Program-made: the position numbers and the translations under genes
Assembly: GCF_964355755.1 (NCBI RefSeq)
Contig: NC_092671.1
Coordinates: 10,354,001 to 10,418,000 of the forward strand
Source: Antedon mediterranea
Taxonomy: Eukaryota; Animalia; Echinodermata
Direction of reading: 5' to 3'
DNA length: 64,000 bases
The notes under the pieces: model-generated
The model's input: the letters and a program-made list of their open reading frames with translations, nothing else
Database searches by the model: none
Told to the model about the DNA's origin: nothing
Shown: positions 56,006 to 64,000 of the stretch, piece after piece
Numbering within the stretch: the stretch's first letter is position 1
How the letters are laid out: the number at the start of each line of letters is the position of its first letter

Positions 56006-56999
56006 CTTTGATATAAAATAAAAAAATACATTTTAAAACTTTTGTTATCCGTCGATTGTGTATTTCTCACAATAGCCTTACAAGGGTCGTCATCTTAATC
56101 ATAAATTACATCATTATCCTATCTCAGAACACTACCAGTCTCTTAAATAGAGGTATCCTCTGATTAGGTGTTGCCTGTAGTGTTAAAACATACTGCTCCT
56201 CATACGTTTCATATAGGAAAGTGTCTTATATGGGTGTCCCTGAATTGGAGCATGGAACCATAGGTCCATGATTGGAGTGTCTCAATGGATGGGTTCAATC
56301 TTCATCGTCATCGTATTAATCATTATCAACTATATTTTGTCATTGGCATCATGATTTCGATGAATAAATATCTTTTTTAATGAAAAGCAATTAAATTAGA
56401 CCGTAATTTCTAAGCAGACAAGACAGGAAATAAGGCGCCTTGGTTTTCACATTACCTCTGTATCATCGTTTTAATGGTTATGTTATGTATCATAGTTTAC
56501 ATAATAGAGAACAATGTCAAGTATTGTGTCCTCAAATATATTACTATCTGCTAGAGAAACATCTTTTTAAATGTTAAGATTATTCTTGTTGTTAAGGTAA
56601 TAAACAGCCATAGTGATGCCGTTTGTATTGATTGGCCCTATACATCATATCCTACGTCAACTGCAGGGTTCATCAAACTGCTTAATAGGCCTGACTGAAC
56701 GTTTCTATTGCTCTATGCTCTAGTCTGGGTATAAACTGTAATAAACTGTTCATGTAATTTTCGCGCAATACGCTAGGACCAGTTAAACAAAATAATTTCA
56801 CTCGAAAGTACACCGTTGTTCAATAATAAAAGATGTTTTGACACATGATATACATATAATATTAATAGTCTATCGATATTCTAAATTCACATTTTCGTTT
56901 ATTAAATCTTACATAAGCTATACATTAAAGCATGTATTGTATTAATTGCATTGTGATACATATAAATTACAGGTCTATGATCTAGGCCAGGCAAATTAC

Positions 57000-57086
57000 C
57001 TTATCGGTAGCGTTCACGTCACCACCGTTGTCAAGGTGCTTGCACACTGCTCTTGTATCTCCGATCTCAATTGCATCTATTAAGGC
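57000..57086 (-). CDS. Ankyrin-repeat/CaaX protein, exon 2: ALIDAIEIGDTRAVCKHLDNGGDVNATDK
   Basis: TATTCTAG acceptor, AAG|GTAATT donor, 87 nt; ankyrin signature G.DVNA.D. Confidence 0.92.
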
Positions 57087-57501
57087 CTAGAATAGGACAA
57101 AAACAATCAATTTATTGAACATCTATAAAGATAATGAATGCAAGAGAGATAGATAAGTAAATGCTATGGTTCAACGGAATAAAATAAGGAAAACGACGGA
57201 AATAATGAATATATAATTTTAAAACAATATTAATCGGAAATCGGATTTGATAGTGTAGACAGAGCTTTAGTAATGATATCAGTGACACTTCTTCTGAATG
57301 AGTGATATTTGTTTCAAATTCGTATCTATGGGTTCAAAATTTATAGTGTGGGTATTCCAACCACTTCTATTTCATTACTTTCTCAACTACCAATTATTTC
57401 TCTAATTACAATATTACAAACAAATTAACATTCATATTAAGAATGTGTTATATTGCACCTAGGCTAATTTTGAATTTTGAGTCATGACTAAACGTCTGTT
57501 A

Positions 57502-57662
57502 AGCTCTGTCAACACTATCAAAATAGTTTGACAAAAAAGTGTGATGTGCCCAAATATGGTAGTGATATACCCAAATGTGGTAGTGATATGACATCGTCAT
57601 GTTTAAATATGGGCACCTCAAATTTTAGTTGTCAAATAAAGTTTGATAGTGTAGACAAGGCT
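57502..57662. mobile_element. Short MITE family A, copy 4 (plus solo terminus at 57247-57267)
   Basis: AGCTCTGTCAACACTATCAAA...TTTGATAGTGTAGACAAGGCT. Confidence 0.88.
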
Positions 57663-58629
57663 TTAGTTAGTGTGAGAAATAGATTATAGTCATTCAATTT
57701 TAAAAGTAGGTCTGTGTGAATAATCTAGGTCTACAGTTTTTTCAACAGAGTTAAACTGTGTTATGTTATTGATCAACAGTACTTATAGTGCACTCAACTT
57801 AATAAAATATATATAAATATTAATTATATAGTTATTGCTGGAGCGGTGTACTTTAATGTTTAAGTAATGGTGTGATTGGCATTTGTTAGCTCTTTGCATA
57901 TAAACTAGCAGAAGAAAAGAAGAATTGAAAGGGGTAAAATGTGCGCGCATTAATTTTCAATATTATAGATTTATTATTATTCTATAAATCATTTGATTAT
58001 ATCGATTCCTGTATTAATAAATTCATCATTTAGTCATATAAAAATGGAAAGAGTTAATAGTTTAGTTAATAGTTCAGTCTCAGACTGAAGTTTTAGTTAA
58101 CAAAAAGTTTAAATATTTCTTACAAATATTTGAATTTCTGTTCTACTGTGTTTTAGTAGCCAGTATACCAGTGCAGCCAAATGATTGATGCTGCGTAATT
58201 GTCTCTGCAATGTGTTAATCAGTTTTAGTATAACATTTTCGTTATTTCGTTATTTCGTTGAATTGTGTATCATATCATCATCATTGTTTTTCAACCGTTG
58301 ATCAGTCTACCTTTCAATCATCTATAACCAAACAGGGTAATTGAATTTACTTTATTCCATTCAGTTTACTGTAAGATCAGGGAAGAGTGACATTTTGATA
58401 TGATTATTTGAATTTCACTCTTTCCTGAAGATTGAGTTGACAATTGTTTCGACTTGACGAAACAACCAATTTTGCCTAAATTGCTCTGACTATCTGGTGA
58501 ATAATCAGTCTTTATCTTTTTAGTCTAACCAAACGATTGATGTCAGGTCCTATTGTTAGTACTTTACTATTTTATCAGTCGATGTTAGTGTAAACCAAAC
58601 GATTGATACTATATCCCATTTAATTGACG

Positions 58630-59890
58630 GTTAACCAGTCTACCATTTTAGTCTAACCAAACCATGTCAATCCTGTGTTAATCAGTCTAACTTTTTACTG
58701 TCTAACTAAACTATTGATATGGTCAAATTGCACTGGAAATCCCGTGTTAATCAGTCTACGATTTTAGTCTAACCAAACCATGTCAATCCTGTGTTAATCA
58801 GTCTAACTTTTTACAGTCTAACTGAACGATTGATATGGTCAAATTGCACTGGAAATCCCATGTTAATCAGTCTACCATTTTAGTCTAATTAAGCAATGTC
58901 AGTCCCGTGTTAATCAGTCTAACTATTTATAGTGTAACTGAACGATTGATATGGTCAAATTGCACTGTTAATCAGTCTACGATTTTAGTCTAACCAAGCC
59001 ATGTCAATCCTGTGTCAATCAGTCTAACTTTTTACTGTCTAACCAAACTATTGATATGGTCAAATTGCACTGGAAATCCCGTGTTAATCAGTCTACCATT
59101 TTAGTCTAACCAAACCATGTCAATCCTGTGTTAATCAGTCTAACTTTTTACAGTCTAACTGAACGATTGATATGGTCAAATTGCACTGGAAATCCCGTGT
59201 TAATCAGTCTACCATTTTAGTCTAACCAAACCATGTCAATCCTGTGTTAATCAGTCTAACTTTTTACAGTCTAACTGAACGATTGATATGGTCAAATTGC
59301 ACTGGAAATCCCGTGTTAATCAGCCTACCATTTTAGTCTAATCAAACAATGTCAGTCCCGTGTTAATCAGTCTAACTATTTATAGTGTAACTGAATGATT
59401 GATATGGTCAAATTGCACTGTTAATCAGTCTACGATTTTAGTCTAACCAAGCCATGTCAATCCTGTGTCAATCAGTCTAACTTTTTACAGTCTAACTGAA
59501 CTATTGATATGGTCAAATTGCACTGAAAATCCCTGTTAATCAGTCTACCATTTTAGTCTAACCATGTCAATCCTGTGTTAATCAGTCTAACTTTTTACAG
59601 TCTAACTGAACGATTGATATGGTCAAATTGCACTTGAAATCCGGTGTTAATCAGTCTACCATTTTCGTCTAACCAACCCATGTCAATCCTGTGTTAATCT
59701 GACTTTTTATAGTGTAACTTAACGATGGATATGTCATATTTCACTGGAAATCCCGTGTTAATCAGTCTACTATTTTAGTCTAACCAAGCCATTTCAATCC
59801 TGTCTAACTTTTTTTATAGTCTAACTGAACGATTGATATGGTCAAATTACACTGGATATCCCGTGTAATTTAGTCTACCTTACTTTAACC
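58630..59890. repeat. Satellite with 116-bp unit (47+69 bp related subunits) in intron 1; degenerate monomers extend ~58290-59960
   Basis: CCATGTCAATCCTGTG at 58662/58778 and 59115/59231 (period 116); both subunits start GTGTTAATCAGTCTA. Confidence 0.93.
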
Positions 59891-59976
59891 GAAATATTGC
59901 GACCCTAATTGCTGTTAATCAGTCTCCATTTTAGTTTAATCGAACGATTAATACGGCCCTAATTGTTTTCACTTAC

Positions 59977-60012
59977 CCTTTTGGCTGCAATTTCCTTTCG
60001 AGTAACTACCAT
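59977..60012 (-). CDS. Ankyrin-repeat/CaaX protein, exon 1 coding part: MVVTRKEIAAKR
   Basis: ATG at 60012, AGG|GTAAGT donor, phase 0 matches exon 2. Confidence 0.75.
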
Positions 60013-60166
60013 ATTTCATCCTATGACGATTGAGCCATTTCAAGCCATGTGCATATTGACTTCATTTCAGAATAAATTACACTAAGTTCTACTAACCGTC
60101 TCAATAAACACATTGAAACGTACAATGATAAAACAAATAAAACACACGGTATAGACGTGATATTCC

Positions 60167-60180
60167 GTTTCCATGGTGAT
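60167..60180. promoter_or_regulatory. RFX X-box-like element GTTTCCATGGTGAT
   Basis: Close match to the X-box consensus GTTNCCATGGNAAC, about 155 bp upstream of the ankyrin gene ATG in a CpG-containing stretch. Confidence 0.6.
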
Positions 60181-61135
60181 GCGTTCGTGGTTCGATATTG
60201 ATAGGCAATCTATGATGCGAGTGTGCTAGTCGAGGCTTCTTCGACTTGTGCTTTCGTTATTTTTAGAGTTGTAATCGTTAAACAATAATGATTAGATATT
60301 CCTTTCAATCGATTTTAAAGAAGAATCAATTTATAATATAAAGATTAGACCTTGGCATTATATAAGCTGTGATAATTATACAGGCCTACATTATATAGTA
60401 CGTATCATTATTTTGTGGGTCCTCCAAAATCATCTAAGACTCCTTTAAGTATAAAACAACACTTTAGTTACAATTGTTTGCTCTGTAAAATAGTGTATCA
60501 TAGTATAGATATGCTTATATTGAACACTATTATATTTTCTTTCCAAATAATCAAATTAACATTTTTTTCTGGTTAAAATTGAATGTTTTTGTACCATAAA
60601 AATGATATGCCGTAAGTTAAAATAAATAATGTTTAATCAGTGGCACGTAGCAATTCTATTATCGACTATTTCTAACATAAATATATCACCAATTAGTGTT
60701 GTATTGTACATAACATAATAGAATAAAGTAACCTATTTGTTATGTGAATTTGATTTATTACAATCCAATCTGAATCAATTTCACTCTTGTCAACATCGAT
60801 GTATTTGACAAACACTTACACTATTTCTATAATTATACTTTGTAACAATGTCTACTGATAAATGACAGCCCTTTGTTAAGTTATTTTTTTAATTTTTTTT
60901 TTATTTATTCAATTTCTGCCATAAACATAAGAAAACAAAACAATTATAAAAGGAGGCACGGAAAGACCAAACAGGGGCTAAACACCTATGCTAGTTGGTC
61001 AACCCTGAACAGAGAAAAAGTTATTCAGACACCAGCTGATGCAGTACAGGGAACACACCTATTACAAGATCACTTTCGCGCGCGAAATGAACGTAGAGAA
61101 ATATATTACTGGATACCCCTACTATTAATAATATA

Positions 61136-61286
61136 AGGCTGTGTCTGCACTATCAAACTTGATTTGACAAAAAATGTGATGTGCCCATTATATGGATACG
61201 ATGACGTCATATCACTACCATATTTAAGCATATCACTACCATATTTAGGCACATCACACATTTTGTCAATTAGTGTAGACAGAGTT
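61136..61286. mobile_element. Short MITE family A, copy 5
   Basis: GGCTGTGTCTGCACTATCAAA...TAGTGTAGACAGAGT. Confidence 0.85.
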
Positions 61287-62137
61287 TAAGGAACACTTTG
61301 GTGGTCATATCAGCGCTTTGCTAACTGATACTATAAATTAAATCGATTAAAAATTTGTATTTTATTTATTTTGTAGGGAATAACAATGAATGACAATTGT
61401 CATTTCTTAATTACAAAATATAGCTGCCCAGAACCCGAACATACTTTAATACAGCAACGAAACAAATGTACTGTAATACTGTATAATAACAATAATACAT
61501 TATGTTTGTGGAATTGGTAGAAAATAATCAGCTCCGAATCGATATCAATGATATGAATTTTTGAATAATGAATTGGAATAAAACTGCTAAATATAAATTG
61601 ACTAATAATTATGTTTGTTTCGTATAATAATGATAAGAAATGATGTTGTACAACATCATTATATATCACAAGTTCAATCTGTAATTGCATGGTATGTTAT
61701 TACAGTAAAATAATCTCAATCTTCCAAAGAGCGGCACTTTTCATAAAAGAAGCACATTGAAACTTTTCTATATTATTATTATTATTATTATTAGGAAATG
61801 TGTGTTCGCTGTGCTAAATAACTAACAGCTTAATATGAGTTCGCATTTTGTTGAATTTTGGAGGTGGGGTTATTTTGTCATGAGGAATAATTTTTACACA
61901 GGAAATAAAATGTGAATGTATATAAATCGCAACACATAATTATGACGTATATATACGAGCGTGGTGTTTGCGTACAAATGGAATGTAATAATATGTTCCT
62001 TAGACGCGTGCGATGTTGAAAAGCGTTTTCTTTTTTGTGAACGAATTTACTGATGAAATTGTTTAACTAACACAAGATTTTAGTTTAACATTAAACATTT
62101 TCTTTTCAAAAGTTTGCTAAGCGAAGATAAAAAAATT

Positions 62138-62227
62138 ATGTCTGCAATACACATGCAAAAAATCGATGACGTAGGGGAAGATGGTTTCTTTAACCACGAC
62201 AGAGCTCATTATATAACTGCTCCACCG
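62138..62227 (+). CDS. C2CD6: C2CD6/ALS2CR11-like protein, exon 1: MSAIHMQKIDDVGEDGFFNHDRAHYITAPP
   Basis: ATG at 62138, CCG|GTAAGT donor, phase 0 joins exon 2 in frame. Confidence 0.75.
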
Positions 62228-62736
62228 GTAAGTATAATTATAACTGGTAATGGTGCCTAGCCTAGCCTAGGCCTAGGCCTAATTAAAAAAAAAACAAAAA
62301 AAACTTAATATAAACGTACTTTCTATACTAAGCTAGGCCTAGGCCTAGGTGAGATAACCTTTTAGGATCCTACCCCCCTAGACCTGGTAGTAGGCCCATG
62401 GTTAACTTTTATGATATAGGCCTTTGTATAAAGCTAAATCATTTTTATGAACGTTTATTCATATTAAATTAAACGACCATATTTTTCCAAAACAGACACA
62501 TTCGTTTTTAATTTTATTTAAAAAATATTTAGACAGGATAAAAGCATATCAGGTATACCTAGATAATGCACCTGTTTTACATATGGTCCTGTTTTTTTAG
62601 CAATAGATCAAAAACATTCATAAAAGACATTAAAAAAGCTTACAACATTACTTACTTACTTTTTAATATATCATCACATCATTCCATGCATCTGTTGTCG
62701 TTACCAGTATGACAGTATGATAACTTTTTTTTTCAG

Positions 62737-62788
62737 AGTGGAGTTTTGAGTGTTCATATGAAAAAGTTACAAAACATAAATGAACAGT
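62737..62788 (+). CDS. C2CD6: C2CD6-like, exon 2: SGVLSVHMKKLQNINEQ
   Basis: Poly-T CAG acceptor; ends at U12-type donor GTATCCTTT (phase 1); first C2 beta-strand pattern G.L.VH. Confidence 0.8.
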
Positions 62789-63316
62789 GTATCCTTTGCT
62801 ATATTACAGTGATTTTTCTGACATTATACTACATCATAGCATGCAATGATGAGAATGAGTGGTAAGCCTATATCAACTTGAATAGGTAAATATGTGGAAA
62901 TTACTATAATAATAATAATAATAATAGGTTGCTTTAGTTGGCTCATTTACGTATAACATACACTAATGTAATTTCCAATCATCTTTTTATCTGTTTTCAT
63001 TTATTTTATTTTTTATTCTAAAATCAACGACTCATTTTTCGTTTCACTCGATCCATAATTATAATTATGACAGACAGTATCCATGTACATGCTTGACAAC
63101 TGCACAACGGTGAACCATATATATACATAGTAACAGTTACAGAATCGAGATATTATACTGTGTTTATACATTTACAAACACCCGTTTTAATTAATTATAT
63201 ACACGGCACATTTACTGTAAGGATTAAAATGTCTCTAATGCATAAATTCTATCCATGGAGAAATAAGTTATAAATTGGATCATTTTGTCTCCGAACATGT
63301 TCTTAACACTGAACAG
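62789..63316 (+). other. U12-type (minor spliceosome) GT-AG intron
   Basis: 5'ss GTATCCTTT; branch site TTCTTAAC (~63300-63307) ending 9 nt before the intron end; no polypyrimidine tract; restores the reading frame. Confidence 0.85.
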
Positions 63317-63444
63317 TAATTGGTGCGGTAGATCCAGAGTTGTACATTCGTTTTCGTGTAGGCAATTTCATCAAGACAAGTGGCAGATATACTTCTGAGG
63401 ATGGAACGATCGTCTTTGACGATACCAAACATTTCTCAATAACG
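63317..63444 (+). CDS. C2CD6: C2CD6-like, exon 3: (L)IGAVDPELYIRFRVGNFIKTSGRYTSEDGTIVFDDTKHFSIT
   Basis: Open 128-nt exon; resembles, from memory, the C2CD6 C2A motif LFIRISIN..VKCT...IKFDEVKYFSV. Confidence 0.82.
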
Positions 63445-63492
63445 GTATCGAAAAATGTTTATTTTAAATGACTGTTAATCTTTTCTATTTAA

Positions 63493-63653
63493 AGCTCTGA
63501 CTACGCTATAAAACTTTATGTGACAACAACGTGTGATGTGCCCATATAAACATGATGATGTCATATCACTACCATATTTGGGCATATCACTACCATATTT
63601 GAGGAGGAAACCACACATTTTTGTCAAACTCGTTTGATAGTGTAGACAGAGCT
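63493..63653. mobile_element. Short MITE family A, copy 6
   Basis: AGCTCTGACTACGCTATAAAA...TTTGATAGTGTAGACAGAGCT. Confidence 0.87.
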
Positions 63654-63840
63654 TTATAAATTTACAAGTTGATAATTTTCAATGTTCACGTCCAGTACAA
63701 TAATTCAGCTAATGTTCACAAGAACGCCGTTCAACTTTCTATGATGAACAAGCGTATTTTAATACAAGACATTTAAAAATGTCTTTTGTGAGATCACGTT
63801 GTTATTTTGGTTACTGCTCCTGTCATTATTCTCGAACTAG

Positions 63841-63960
63841 GTCTCTAGAAAGATGAATGATGTTCTCAATGAAGTTCGTGTTGACCTGGTATTAGTTGAA
63901 AACTCACATACGCATCGTATTGTTGGTCATACTGATATACACATGTTTGATATCATTAAG
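63841..63960 (+). CDS. C2CD6: C2CD6-like, exon 4: VSRKMNDVLNEVRVDLVLVENSHTHRIVGHTDIHMFDIIK; gene continues past window
   Basis: ACTAG acceptor, AAG|GTAAAT donor, 120 nt phase 0; C2 C-terminal strands (..VG...IH.F.II), similar to recalled C2CD6 VPRR..DKRN.ILLEL..LLG..IHLYEVI. Confidence 0.82.
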
Positions 63961-64000
63961 GTAAATATTAACTGTAGGGCCTACTAATGAAGTAAATTGA

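Overview
AT-rich animal genomic DNA with spliceosomal introns, probably a marine invertebrate (taxon is inference). The supplied ORF track is mostly noise. The real genes are split into short exons, which I assembled by hand from GT-AG signals. (1) A complete 10-exon minus-strand gene (60012->48264, about 325 aa, all introns phase 0). It is built from a duplicated 4-exon ankyrin-like module, ends in a CaaX motif (CICL-stop), and has an RFX X-box-like site about 155 bp upstream of its ATG. (2) Divergent from it, the first four exons of a C2CD6/ALS2CR11 (CatSper-tau)-like C2-domain gene (62138->past the window end). Its intron 2 has U12 (minor spliceosome) signals. (3) About 47 kb (1-47200) with no convincing protein exons but a series of minus-strand exon-like segments, suggesting a long spliced non-coding transcript or 5'UTR. 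The rest is non-autonomous DNA transposons (including a 3-kb foldback element in an intron), two tRNA-derived SINEs, LINE tail remnants and several tandem arrays (11, 31-36, 71, 88 and 116 bp units).
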